From Candidatus Rokuibacteriota bacterium (lineage in GTDB: Bacteria > Methylomirabilota > Methylomirabilia > Rokubacteriales > CSP1-6): DNA of 64,000 nucleotides. The notes beneath the pieces are model-generated. The model saw only the letters and a program-made list of their open reading frames with translations. It was not told the origin of the DNA and ran no database searches. How positions within the stretch are numbered: the stretch's first letter is position 1; every line of letters starts with the position of its first letter. Shown here one piece after another: positions 1-8,973 of this stretch. A program made the translations under genes and the position numbers. The stretch is from NCBI GenBank assembly GCA_016184365.1, contig JACPCW010000079.1, positions 5,661 through 69,660 on the forward strand. The letters run 5' to 3'.

Positions 1-415
1 CGCCGCGGTCGCGGAACGGGACGCCGACGGCGTCGTGCTCGTCCTCCGACCAGCCGATCCCGAGTCCGACGTGCAGGCGGCCCTTCGACACGACGTCGAG
101 CGTCGCGAGCTGCTTCGCGAGGAGGGCCGGCGTGTAGAACGGCGTGATCAGCACGCTCGTGCCGAGGCGGATCCGCTCGGTGCGTGCCGCGACGTAGGCG
201 AGCGCGACGATCGGATCGAGCACGTGCTCGAACGGCTTCGGCCACGTACGACCCGGCGCGCCGTAATACTCGTTCTTCGGCTCGAGCGCATAGAGCAGGC
301 GCTGGAACACCCAGACGGACGAATACCGGAGCACTTCGGCGCGTTGCGCGACCGTCACGAGATTGTCCGGGGTCGCCCAGGCGCCCGCCATCGGCAGCGA
401 AAATCCCAGTCGCAT
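1..415 (-). CDS. LLM-class (luciferase-like) probable F420-dependent oxidoreductase, runs off window start
   Basis: Manual translation: MRLGFSLPMAGAWATPDNL...DPIVALAYVAARTERIRLGTSVLI...LAKQLATLDVVSKGRLHVGLGIGW. Not in the ORF track because it is truncated. Confidence 0.85.
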   Translation of the reverse strand, partial: MRLGFSLPMAGAWATPDNLVTVAQRAEVLRYSSVWVFQRLLYALEPKNEYYGAPGRTWPKPFEHVLDPIVALAYVAARTERIRLGTSVLITPFYTPALLAKQLATLDVVSKGRLHVGLGIGWSEDEHDAVGVPFRDRG

Positions 416-423
416 GGACGAGA

Positions 424-1242
424 TCATAGCCGGCCCGGCGGCACGCCGGCGAAGCGTCCGCGCCAGCCATCGGCGGCGAGGCCGAGACGGTGCACGCTCC
501 GATAGAACGTCTCGAGCCCGCGGATCTCGGATGGACCGAGCCGGAAGTGCAGGTTGTCCCGCAGATAGGCGAGACACGCGTCACGCGTGAGGTCGACGGC
601 GGACGCTTCGCGCGCGGCGATCGTCGCGAGATTCGCCACGCCGAGGTCGCGGCTGGCCGACAGCGCCCCGGCAACGGCCGGCGCCACGCCGCCGTCGCGC
701 GCCGCCCACACGGCGAACACGAACGGCAGGCCGGTGCACCGCCGCCACTCCTCGCCGAGATCCCAGTTCTCGACGAAGCCGCCGCGGGGAGGATGGATCG
801 CGCGGTCGCCGATGACGAGCACGGCGTCCGCCGTCGTGTCTTCGATCCGCGCTCCGATGGGGAACGGATGCAGCGCCGGTTCGAGCCCGAAGCGCTCGTT
901 CAGCAGCAGACGGGCGAGCGCGACGCTCGTGCGCGAGCCCTCGTCGAGCGCGAGGCTGCGCGCCTCGCGCAGCGGCACGCGCCCGAGCAGCCGCACGCTC
1001 AGGACGCGCCCGTGCGCGGCGATGCACGCGTCCGACACGATCGCGTACCCGGGGTTGCGGAAGACCTCGATCGAGGGGATCAGCGCGACGTCGAGCCGGC
1101 CCTCGTGGAGACCGTCCGCGAGGCGGCTCGGCAGGTCGTACGCGAGGTCGATGCGCGGATCGTCCGGTTGGAGGCCGTAGACGAGCGGCTTCGTATTCAG
1201 ATAGGAGACGGCGCCGACTCGAACGCGGGCGGATGGGGTCAT
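424..1242 (-). CDS. mqnA: Chorismate dehydratase (futalosine menaquinone pathway)
   Basis: Motifs RVGAVSYLNTKPL, SRTSVALA, IGDRA, DLGEEW..TGLPFVFAVW. Start reset to ATG 1242. Confidence 0.88.
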   Translation of the reverse strand: MTPSARVRVGAVSYLNTKPLVYGLQPDDPRIDLAYDLPSRLADGLHEGRLDVALIPSIEVFRNPGYAIVSDACIAAHGRVLSVRLLGRVPLREARSLALDEGSRTSVALARLLLNERFGLEPALHPFPIGARIEDTTADAVLVIGDRAIHPPRGGFVENWDLGEEWRRCTGLPFVFAVWAARDGGVAPAVAGALSASRDLGVANLATIAAREASAVDLTRDACLAYLRDNLHFRLGPSEIRGLETFYRSVHRLGLAADGWRGRFAGVPPGRL

Positions 1243-1267
1243 GGATCGGCTCCGGCGGCGCGAGGGA

Positions 1268-2665
1268 TCAGTCGGTCGCGAAATCGAAGCCGGACGGCAC
1301 CGCGAGATCCGGCCGCCGCTCGAACAGTCGCTTCCACGCCGACCGCGCGACCTGTCGCGCCTCGCGGACGACGGCCGCTTCGTCGATCGTGAGAATGCGA
1401 CCGTCGCGCATGACCCACCGGCCGTCGACCATGACCGCCACGACGTCGGCGGGTTGGGCCTGATGGACGAGCGTCGACACGACACGGATCGCCGGCGACA
1501 GATGCGGGCGCTCGAGGTCGACGACGATCAGATCGGCCTTGTGGCCGGGGGCGAGCGAGCCGCCGTCCTGGACGCCGAGCGCCCGATAGCCGTTGCGCGT
1601 GGCCCAGACGAGCATGTCTTCCGGCGTCGGCTGCCGGCCATCCTCGCGGCGCACGCGCTCCATGAACATGCCGGTGCGCATGACCTCGATCATGTCCTCG
1701 GCCATGTTGTCGGTGCCCATCGTGATCAGGCAGCCGGCGCGCTCGAGCTCCGCGATGCGCGGCGAGAGCCCGCGCCGCGCCGCGATGCACGCGTTGAACG
1801 CGACGGCCGCGCGCGCGTCGCCGAGCAGGCGTTCCTCCCCGGCGGTCATGCACCGGCAGTGCGCGGCGACGACGCGCTCGGACAGGAAGCCGGTGCGCGC
1901 GACGTATTCCGCCGGCAGCATGCCGCGCTGCTCTCGCACCGCGGCGACTTCACCCCAGATCTGGTTCAGGTGGAGCGTCGCGATCGTCTCGAGCGAGTCC
2001 TGTAATCCGCGGAGTCGCGCGAACAGCTCGGGCGAGACCATGTCCGGCGCCCACGCCGCGACGCCGGCGCGGATGCGGCCATCGGCGGCATTGTTCCAGC
2101 GCGCGTGGAACGCGGCCACGCGCTCGAGCCCCTCGTCGGCCAGCGTCCGGTCGAGCTCGAACGGCCCCGGCTGTCCGATCGACGCCCGCGCGCGGTCCCA
2201 CGCGCGCTCGCAGGCGAGGTACCGCAGCCCGCTCGCGACGAGCACGTCCGCATACCGGTCGAGCCGGGTGCCGTCCTCGAGCACGAGCGTCGTGCCGCTG
2301 CGAATGGCTTCGAGCGCCGCGAGCCGCACCATCACCTCGAGCTCGCCGCGCGACAGCTCGGGAAGCGGCAGATGCGCCAGCCCGCCCTCGAACGGCGGTC
2401 GATGCGGCGGCGAGAGGTCTTCGTAGATACCGCGCGCCAGCGTCATGGGGAAGTGCGTGTGCGTGTTCGCGAAGCCCGGCAGGACGGCGCGTCCGCGCGC
2501 ACTGATGCGCTCGGCCGCCGGATACCGGGCGAGCAGATCCCGCGTTGGCCCGAGCGCGGCGATCCGGTCACCGGCGATCACGATCGCCGCATCGGTGTGA
2601 ATCGCGCCCGCCGGGTCGGCGGTGACGAGCGTCGTGTCGTGGAGCAGCAGCGTCGCACCGGCCAT
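1268..2665 (-). CDS. Metal-dependent amidohydrolase (SsnA/AtzA-like)
   Basis: PGFANTHTH, HLNQ, AHC, GTDN, GSLAPGHKADL motifs. Confidence 0.85.
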   Translation of the reverse strand: MAGATLLLHDTTLVTADPAGAIHTDAAIVIAGDRIAALGPTRDLLARYPAAERISARGRAVLPGFANTHTHFPMTLARGIYEDLSPPHRPPFEGGLAHLPLPELSRGELEVMVRLAALEAIRSGTTLVLEDGTRLDRYADVLVASGLRYLACERAWDRARASIGQPGPFELDRTLADEGLERVAAFHARWNNAADGRIRAGVAAWAPDMVSPELFARLRGLQDSLETIATLHLNQIWGEVAAVREQRGMLPAEYVARTGFLSERVVAAHCRCMTAGEERLLGDARAAVAFNACIAARRGLSPRIAELERAGCLITMGTDNMAEDMIEVMRTGMFMERVRREDGRQPTPEDMLVWATRNGYRALGVQDGGSLAPGHKADLIVVDLERPHLSPAIRVVSTLVHQAQPADVVAVMVDGRWVMRDGRILTIDEAAVVREARQVARSAWKRLFERRPDLAVPSGFDFATD

Positions 2666-2667
2666 GG

Positions 2668-3204
2668 CTACTTGCCTCCGCACCCCTCGCACTTCAACGA
2701 GGTCTCCGTCTTCGCCGTGTTGTTGTCGGTCGTCGGGTCCGCGGCGCTCGTGACCTCGGCCGTCGCATGGAGCGACCCGGTGTAATGCGCCCGGGCCCCG
2801 ACCTCGACCGTCACGGTGTCGCCCGGCGCGATGTTCCCGAGGCGGCACATGACCGCCCGTGGGGTCTGCGGCGTTGTCCGCGGCGCGCACGTGCCGGCGC
2901 TCGCTGCGAACACCTTGGGGTCGACGGGCATCGGCGCGAACCCCGGACGGCCGTCGCCGAACGTCACGGTCAGCATGGTCGCGAGCGCGACGCCGGAGCC
3001 GTGGTTGGTCACGGTGATGCCGTAGCGCGCCCAGCGGCGGTACCACTTGCCGATCTCGAACGGCGAGCCGGGCGTGGCCGTGTAGCGGACCACGAGGTCG
3101 GCGGGACCGCCGCGATCGCTCGCTGCGCCCGTCGCGCTCCGCGGTGCGCCGGGTGTGCACGCGACGCACAGGGAGAGCAGACCGAGAGCAGCGGCGCGCC
3201 TCAT
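2668..3204 (-). CDS. Putative lipoprotein with DUF11-like Ig domain
   Basis: Signal peptide ending CVAC. ADLVV..YGITVTNHG..C.LGNIAPG..DPTTDNN pattern. Confidence 0.6.
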   Translation of the reverse strand: MRRAAALGLLSLCVACTPGAPRSATGAASDRGGPADLVVRYTATPGSPFEIGKWYRRWARYGITVTNHGSGVALATMLTVTFGDGRPGFAPMPVDPKVFAASAGTCAPRTTPQTPRAVMCRLGNIAPGDTVTVEVGARAHYTGSLHATAEVTSAADPTTDNNTAKTETSLKCEGCGGK

Positions 3205-3269
3205 CGCATTCCGCATTCTACGCGTTCCGGTGTATCTTCACGCGTCCGCGACCGGGGAAGGAGCGCCGA

Positions 3270-4721
3270 ATGCGAACATGGCTCGAGGGCGGCGACGTCG
3301 TGGCGTACACCGCGGGGAGTCACCGTCTCCTGCACGGTGGCGATCTCGTCTTCGACGACGACCGGGTCGTCTTCATCGGGCGCGCGTACCACGGCGCCAG
3401 CGACCGGCACATCGACGTCGGCGGCAAGCTCGTCATTCCCGGCCTCGTCAATCTGCACTGCCATGCCGACACCGAAGCGGGCGGCCGCCTCATCGCGGAT
3501 GTCGGCCGGCGCGACTTCTTCCAGGCCGGCTTCCTGAACTATTTCGCGGCGCCCCGGGGCCAGACCGCGCTCGGCGCCCGTGGCGACCGGACGCGCGGCG
3601 CCCGCTTCGCGCTCGTCGAGCTGCTCAAGAGCGGCTGCACGACGGTGCTCCCGATCGGCGGCGTCGACGCCTCGATGGTCGAGACCATCGGCGCGCTCGG
3701 CATCCGTGCGTACCTGAGCCCGGCGTTCAAGTCGGGCTCGTACGTGCTCGAGGACGACGGCGCGCTCGTCTACGACTGGGACGAGGACGCCGGACGGCAG
3801 GGCCTGGAGCGCGCGAAGGAGTTCATCCGGACGTACGGCGGCGCGCATGGCGATCGGCTGCGCGGCATGCTGTATCCCTATCAGGTCGATACGTGCAGCG
3901 CCGAGCTCCTGCGCGCGACACGACAGGCCGCCGACGAGCTCGGCGTGGGCATCGAGATCCACGCCGGGCAGAACCTGCTCGAGTTCCACGAGATCCTCCG
4001 GCGGCATCGGAAGACGCCGGTCGAGTTCCTCGAGGACGTCGGCCTGCTCGGGCCCGACGCGATCCTCGGTCACTGCATGATCTCGACGGCCCATCACCTC
4101 GCGGCGCTGCCGGCCGGACGGGACCTCGAGATCCTCGCGCGTACGCACACGACGGTCGCGCACTGTCCGCTCGTCTTCGCGCGGCGTGGCAACGCGCTCG
4201 AGTCGTTCCATCGGTTCCGCGCGGCCGGCGTGAACGTGGGGCTCGGCACCGACACGTACCCGCGCGACCTCGTCAGCGAGATGCGCTGGGCGTCGCTCCT
4301 CTGCAAGGTCGTCGATCACGACTTCACCGTCGCGACGGCCGGTGACGTGCTCAACGCCGCGACGCTGGCGGGGGCGCGGGCGCTGCGCCGCGACGACCTC
4401 GGCCGCCTCTGTCCGGGCTCGAAGGCCGATCTCGTCGTCGTGAACTTGAAGAAGATCCGGATCGGCCCGTATCGCGATCCCATCAAGGCGCTGGTGAACT
4501 GCGCCACGACCGACGACGTGGAGCAGGTGTTCGTCGACGGCCGCGCGGTGGTGGAGCACGGCCGCGTCGTCGGCGTCGACGAAGCGCAGCTCCTCGCCGA
4601 GGCCCAGGAAGAGTCGGAGCGTCTCTGGCGCACGGTTCCGGAGTGGCACTGGGAGAAGCTCGGCGCCGACGCGCTGTCGCCGCCGACGCTCGCGCCGCTC
4701 ACGGAGGACCTCGGCGCGTAG
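3270..4721 (+). CDS. Metal-dependent amidohydrolase (SsnA/AtzA-like)
   Basis: AAGGAG RBS. PGLVNLHCH, HAGQ, GHC, GTDT, GRLCPGSKADL. Confidence 0.88.
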   Translation: MRTWLEGGDVVAYTAGSHRLLHGGDLVFDDDRVVFIGRAYHGASDRHIDVGGKLVIPGLVNLHCHADTEAGGRLIADVGRRDFFQAGFLNYFAAPRGQTALGARGDRTRGARFALVELLKSGCTTVLPIGGVDASMVETIGALGIRAYLSPAFKSGSYVLEDDGALVYDWDEDAGRQGLERAKEFIRTYGGAHGDRLRGMLYPYQVDTCSAELLRATRQAADELGVGIEIHAGQNLLEFHEILRRHRKTPVEFLEDVGLLGPDAILGHCMISTAHHLAALPAGRDLEILARTHTTVAHCPLVFARRGNALESFHRFRAAGVNVGLGTDTYPRDLVSEMRWASLLCKVVDHDFTVATAGDVLNAATLAGARALRRDDLGRLCPGSKADLVVVNLKKIRIGPYRDPIKALVNCATTDDVEQVFVDGRAVVEHGRVVGVDEAQLLAEAQEESERLWRTVPEWHWEKLGADALSPPTLAPLTEDLGA

Positions 4722-4742
4722 CGGCGCACGGGACCGGGGGTG

Positions 4743-4814
4743 TCGAGGAGCGCCACGGGTTCCCCGGGCGCTCCGAGCGTTTGGGGGTCTGGGGGCCATT
4801 TCGGGGCCCCCAGC
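4743..4814 (+). repeat. Two-hairpin dispersed repeat, family A copy 1 (intergenic)
   Basis: TCGAGGAGCGCCACGGGTTCCCCGGGCGCTCCGAGCG..CTGGGGGCCATTTCGGGGCCCCCAG, near-identical to 8242-8313 on the minus strand. Confidence 0.92.
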
Positions 4815-4818
4815 CAAA

Positions 4819-5559
4819 TCAGATGAGCCGCGCGCGCAGCTTCGAGCTCACGAAGTCGACGATCATCACCATCGCGACGGTGACGAGCAGCACGGTCGCC
4901 GCGGCGGAGTAGTCGATCATCCTGAGATACGTCTGGAGATAGAAGCCGATGCCGCCGGCGCCGACGAAGCCGAGCACCGTCGCCGCGCGGATGTTCGTCT
5001 CCAGGCGGTAGAGCACGTACGAGAGGAACAGCGGCAGCACCTGCGGCAGCACGCCGAATCTCAAGACCTGCAACCGCGTCGCGCCCGTCGCCGTGATCGC
5101 GTCCACCGGACCCGGGTCGATGCCTTCGATGGCTTCGGAATAGAGCTTCGCCAGCGACGTCGTCGTGTACGCCACGACGGCGAGCACGCCCGGGAACGGC
5201 CCGAGGCCGACCGCGGCGACGAAGACGAGCGCGTAGACGAGCGTGTCGACGCTGCGGAAGAGATTCAGCACGCCGCGCGCGGGATAGAACAGGGCGGGCG
5301 CGGCCACGTTGCGCGCAGAGACGAATCCGAGCGGCAGCGCGAGCACCGCGGCGACGGTCGTCCCGAGCAGCGCGATCTCCACGGTGCGAACCGCGGCGAC
5401 CGCGGCCGACGGCAGCACCGAGAAATCCGGCGGGAACATCCGGCGGAAGAACTCGAACATCCACGGCAGGCCGCGCGCGAGCGCGACGGGATCGGCGCTC
5501 GTGTCCCACACGAGCCAGGCGAGCACGACGACGGCGACGAACAGCGGCGCGCGCGTCAT
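4819..5559 (-). CDS. phnE: Phosphonate/phosphite ABC permease
   Basis: TVEIALLGT, LAKLYSEAIEGIDPGPVDAI, YRLETNIRAATVLGFVGAGGIG. Confidence 0.88.
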   Translation of the reverse strand: MTRAPLFVAVVVLAWLVWDTSADPVALARGLPWMFEFFRRMFPPDFSVLPSAAVAAVRTVEIALLGTTVAAVLALPLGFVSARNVAAPALFYPARGVLNLFRSVDTLVYALVFVAAVGLGPFPGVLAVVAYTTTSLAKLYSEAIEGIDPGPVDAITATGATRLQVLRFGVLPQVLPLFLSYVLYRLETNIRAATVLGFVGAGGIGFYLQTYLRMIDYSAAATVLLVTVAMVMIVDFVSSKLRARLI

Positions 5560-6302
5560 GCCGCCGATCCGTCGTCGTAGATCTCGCGCACGACCGCCGG
5601 CGTCACCGCGGACGGCGGGCCGTCGAAGCAGAGGCGCCCGGCGCGAAATCCGACGATGCGGTGCGCGTAGCGCAGCGCGACCTCGAGCTGATGCTGGCTG
5701 ACGACGATCGTCAGGCCGCGGTCGGCGTTGATGTCGCGCAGGATGTCCATGATGGTCGTCGTCAGCTGCGGATCGAGGCTCGCGGTCGGCTCGTCGGCGA
5801 GGATCACCGCCGGCGTCTGCGCCAGCGCCCGCGCGATCGCCACGCGCTGCTGCTCGCCGCCGGACAGCGTGTCGGCGCGGCGCCGGGCGAGATGTCCGAG
5901 GCCGACCGCGTCGAGACAGTCGAGCGCCACGACACGGTCCGAGCCTGCGAAGCGGCCGATGAGGCTCGGCAGCTGGGCGGCGTACCCGAGACGGCCGGCC
6001 AGGACGTTGTCGAGGACGGTGGCGCGCCGGACGAGGTTGAACTGCTGGAACACCATGCCGATGCGCCGGCGCACCGAGCGCAGGCGCGCGGGCCCGGCGC
6101 CGGTGACGTCCCGGCCGTCCACGCGGATCGTGCCGGCCGTCGGCTCGACGAGCCGGTTGATGGCGCGGAGGAACGTGGTCTTGCCGGCGCCGCTGCGTCC
6201 GAGGATGACGACGAATTCGCCGACCGTGATGGTGAGATCGACGCCGTCGAGCGCGACGGTGTCGGGCGGCCGGACGACGCGCAGTCCGGTGACTTCGATC
6301 AT
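5556..6302 (-). CDS. phnC: Phosphonate/phosphite ABC ATPase
   Basis: GRSGAGKT, LSGGEQQRVAIARAL, ILADEPTASLDP. ATGA overlap with phnE. Confidence 0.88.
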   Translation of the reverse strand: MIEVTGLRVVRPPDTVALDGVDLTITVGEFVVILGRSGAGKTTFLRAINRLVEPTAGTIRVDGRDVTGAGPARLRSVRRRIGMVFQQFNLVRRATVLDNVLAGRLGYAAQLPSLIGRFAGSDRVVALDCLDAVGLGHLARRRADTLSGGEQQRVAIARALAQTPAVILADEPTASLDPQLTTTIMDILRDINADRGLTIVVSQHQLEVALRYAHRIVGFRAGRLCFDGPPSAVTPAVVREIYDDGSAA

Positions 6303-6334
6303 CGGGGCACGGCGCTCGGCCGGGACGGTGGTGT

Positions 6335-7210
6335 TCAGCGCGGCCGGAGACCGAGCATGTCGACCGCGGCGCGAACGGGATCGTAGTCGCGGTCTTCTGC
6401 CGGCTCGAAGCCGTCGATGTCGTACAGCCGCTTGAGCAGCGCGGCATATGCGGGACCCTTGATCTGCAGCAGCGCGGCGCGGATCTTCGCGAACACGGCG
6501 GGATCCATTCCGTCGCGCGCAGCGATCCCCGCCTCGGGGATCGGCGGCGTCTCGGCGATCCACACGATGCGGTCGCGCTCCGCGGCGTCTTTCAGGTACT
6601 GCTCGCGCGCCATGTCGAACGACGCGATCGCGTCGACGTGGCCGTTGAGCAGGGCCCGCATGCTCGCGTCGTGCGCGCCGGAGAAGACGACCTCGCGGAA
6701 GAACGTCTTCGGATCGCGGTTTCGCACGAGGCCGCGCTGCATGAGCATGACCATCGGGTACGTGTAGCCGGACGAGCTCGCCGGGTCGACGAACGCGAAC
6801 GTCTTGCCGCGCAGGTCTTCGAGCCGTTTCAGGCCCGAGTCACGGCGCACGTAGATGCGCGAGGTGAACGTGGCCTTCCCGTGCCAGAGATTGCGCGCGA
6901 GGATCGTCGCCTTCGCCTCGCGATGGGCGAGCACGTACCCGACGGGATGGACGAATGCGAGATCGGCGGTGCGATTCCGGAGCGCCTCGATGACGGCGGC
7001 GTAGTCCGACGCGACGGTCACGCGGAACGGCATGCCGCTCAGTTTCGCGAGCGCCTGCGCGAACTCCTCGCCGGCATCGATCAGATTGGTCGGCTTCTGT
7101 GACGGCGTGAGGACGAGGTGAATCGGCCGGCCCTGGGCGCGAGCGGCGGCCGGCATCGCGAGCGCGGCCAGCGCGATCGCGCGCAGCACGGCGCGGCGGG
7201 TCGCAGGCAT
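6335..7210 (-). CDS. phnD: Phosphonate/phosphite/phosphate ABC substrate-binding protein
   Basis: Tat-like TRRAVL signal. DYAAVIEAL, FAFVDPASSSGYTYP, GAHD motifs. Confidence 0.85.
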   Translation of the reverse strand: MPATRRAVLRAIALAALAMPAAARAQGRPIHLVLTPSQKPTNLIDAGEEFAQALAKLSGMPFRVTVASDYAAVIEALRNRTADLAFVHPVGYVLAHREAKATILARNLWHGKATFTSRIYVRRDSGLKRLEDLRGKTFAFVDPASSSGYTYPMVMLMQRGLVRNRDPKTFFREVVFSGAHDASMRALLNGHVDAIASFDMAREQYLKDAAERDRIVWIAETPPIPEAGIAARDGMDPAVFAKIRAALLQIKGPAYAALLKRLYDIDGFEPAEDRDYDPVRAAVDMLGLRPR

Positions 7211-7235
7211 GCGCACAGAATACTCGGAGCGAGCC

Positions 7236-8330
7236 TCACGCCGCGAGGACGTAATCCCGGCCCGGGCGATAGCCGCGGGCGTCGAGCGCCGCCGCGATGA
7301 TCTCTCGCGCGCCGTGGCTCCCGACGTAGGACACGACGAACCGGCGGCCGGGCTCGCCGAGGTCCGCCGGCGCGATGACCGGCGCACCCTCGATCTGCTG
7401 GCCGATCTTTGCCGGATCGATGTCGATCCAGGCGTCGATCGCGATGCCGCGCGCCGCGAGGTGCCGCGCATGGCGCCGGCTCACGCGTCCGGCGCCCCAC
7501 ACGGCGATGGTCGGGTGATGCGCGTTGTGCGTGCGAAGCCAGCGCGCAAGATACGTCGCCTTCACGCGCGCGAACGCGTCGGGATCGTAGCGCCCGTCGT
7601 GGCGCGACAGGCGCCCGGGCGTGTCGCGCCACACGAGCAGCGTGTCGGGAAGCTTCTCCATGCGCACGCCGGCCGCGAGCCACCGCAGCCAGAGCTCGTA
7701 GTCCTCGGGGAAGTCGCCCTGGGCGTATCCCCCGTGCCGGTCGACCACGTCGCGACGGAACATGACGGACGGATGGGCGAACGGGGATTCGATGAAGCTG
7801 GCGAGCCGGATGTCGTCGGCGCTCAGCAGGCCGTTCGTCCAGTCGACGTAGCGCGCGTACCCGCCGGCGGTGGCGCGATCACCGTCGAACGCCACGCGCG
7901 TCGCGACCAGACCCGTCTCGGGATGCGTCTCGAGGTGCGCGCGCTGCCGCGCGAGCCGCTCGGGCCGCGCGAGGTCATCGGCGTCCATTCGAGCGATGAG
8001 CGCGCCATGCGCCAGCCCGAGTCCCGTCCGGAGCGCGGGGACGAGGCCGCGCCGCGCCGTCGATCGCACGCGGATGCGCGCGTCGGCGGCGGCGAGCGCG
8101 GCGAGTCGTGCGGCCGAATCGTCCTCGGAACCGTCGTCGACGGCGATCAGCTCCCAGTCGCGCTCGGTCTGTTCCCGGATGCTCGCGACGGCGGCGTCGA
8201 GCGTCTGCGCGGCATCGCGCACGGGCATCACGATCGATATAGCTGGGGGCCCCGAAATGGCCCCCAGACCCCCCGCGCTCGGAGCGCCCCGGGGAACCCG
8301 TGGCGCTCCTCGAATTCCCGTTGTCTTCAG
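7236..8330 (-). CDS. GT2 glycosyltransferase. Start uncertain (CTG 8330 overlapping the upstream stop, or a later codon).
   Basis: ISIVMPVRD, VDDGSED, ARMDADD, EDYELWLR. The N-terminal extension is repeat A copy 2. Confidence 0.85.
   Translation of the reverse strand: MKTTGIRGAPRVPRGAPSAGGLGAISGPPAISIVMPVRDAAQTLDAAVASIREQTERDWELIAVDDGSEDDSAARLAALAAADARIRVRSTARRGLVPALRTGLGLAHGALIARMDADDLARPERLARQRAHLETHPETGLVATRVAFDGDRATAGGYARYVDWTNGLLSADDIRLASFIESPFAHPSVMFRRDVVDRHGGYAQGDFPEDYELWLRWLAAGVRMEKLPDTLLVWRDTPGRLSRHDGRYDPDAFARVKATYLARWLRTHNAHHPTIAVWGAGRVSRRHARHLAARGIAIDAWIDIDPAKIGQQIEGAPVIAPADLGEPGRRFVVSYVGSHGAREIIAAALDARGYRPGRDYVLAA
8242..8313 (-). repeat. Family A copy 2, in frame at the GT2 N-terminus
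   Basis: Reverse complement matches copy 1 and reads IRGAPRVPRGAPSAGGLGAISGPP. Confidence 0.92.
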
Positions 8331-8656
8331 CCCTTCGCCTCGAAGACCTGCTGCGCCACGCGACCGGCCGTCATCGCCGCCGGCCATCCGGCATAGAACG
8401 CGAGATGCGTGATCACCTCGCCGATCTCGTCGCGCTTCAGACCGTTCGCGAGCCCGCGCTCGAGATGTCCCTTGAGCTGCTCGGACCGGCCGAGCGCGAT
8501 CAGCGTGGCGACGGTGACGAGGCTGCGATCGCGCTTCGACAGCCCGGGCCGCTCCCAGACGTCGGCGTAGAGGATCTTTTCCGACAGCTCGATCAGCTTC
8601 GGCGCGACCTGGCGAACGACGTCGCGCGCGGTGGTGGCGGCGGGCGGTGTGCTCAT
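8327..8656 (-). CDS. Carboxymuconolactone decarboxylase (CMD/AhpD) family protein
   Basis: VWERPGLSKRDRSLVTV, EVITHLAFYAGWP. AAGGAGG RBS and TGcTACGCT extended -10 upstream. Confidence 0.9.
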   Translation of the reverse strand: MSTPPAATTARDVVRQVAPKLIELSEKILYADVWERPGLSKRDRSLVTVATLIALGRSEQLKGHLERGLANGLKRDEIGEVITHLAFYAGWPAAMTAGRVAQQVFEAKG

Positions 8657-8691
8657 GCGGCCTCCTTGCGTGAAGTGGCGCGCAGCGTAGC

Positions 8692-8973
8692 ATGGCGCGC
8701 CTGCGCGCGGCGCTCCACGCCGGATCGGTGATCGCCGGCGAGGTCGGCGACAGCAAGCGCGAGATCGTGTTCCACGGCGACGTCATGAACACCGCCGCGC
8801 GGCTCGAAGACGTGACGCGCGAGGTCGGCCGGCGCTTCGCCGCGTCTGCCGACGCAGTGCGGCGGCTCGATGGGCACGATCAGTTCCTGCTCGAGGACCT
8901 CGGTCCGCGGACGCTGCGCGGTCGCGCGGCCCCGATGCGCGTCTACGGGGTCGAGTCGAAGGACGCGCCGTGA
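8692..8973 (+). pseudogene. C-terminal half of a class III adenylate/guanylate cyclase domain
   Basis: RAALHAGSVIAGEVG..GDVMNTAARLE..LRGR. The N-terminal half with the metal-binding Asp residues is absent. Confidence 0.7.
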
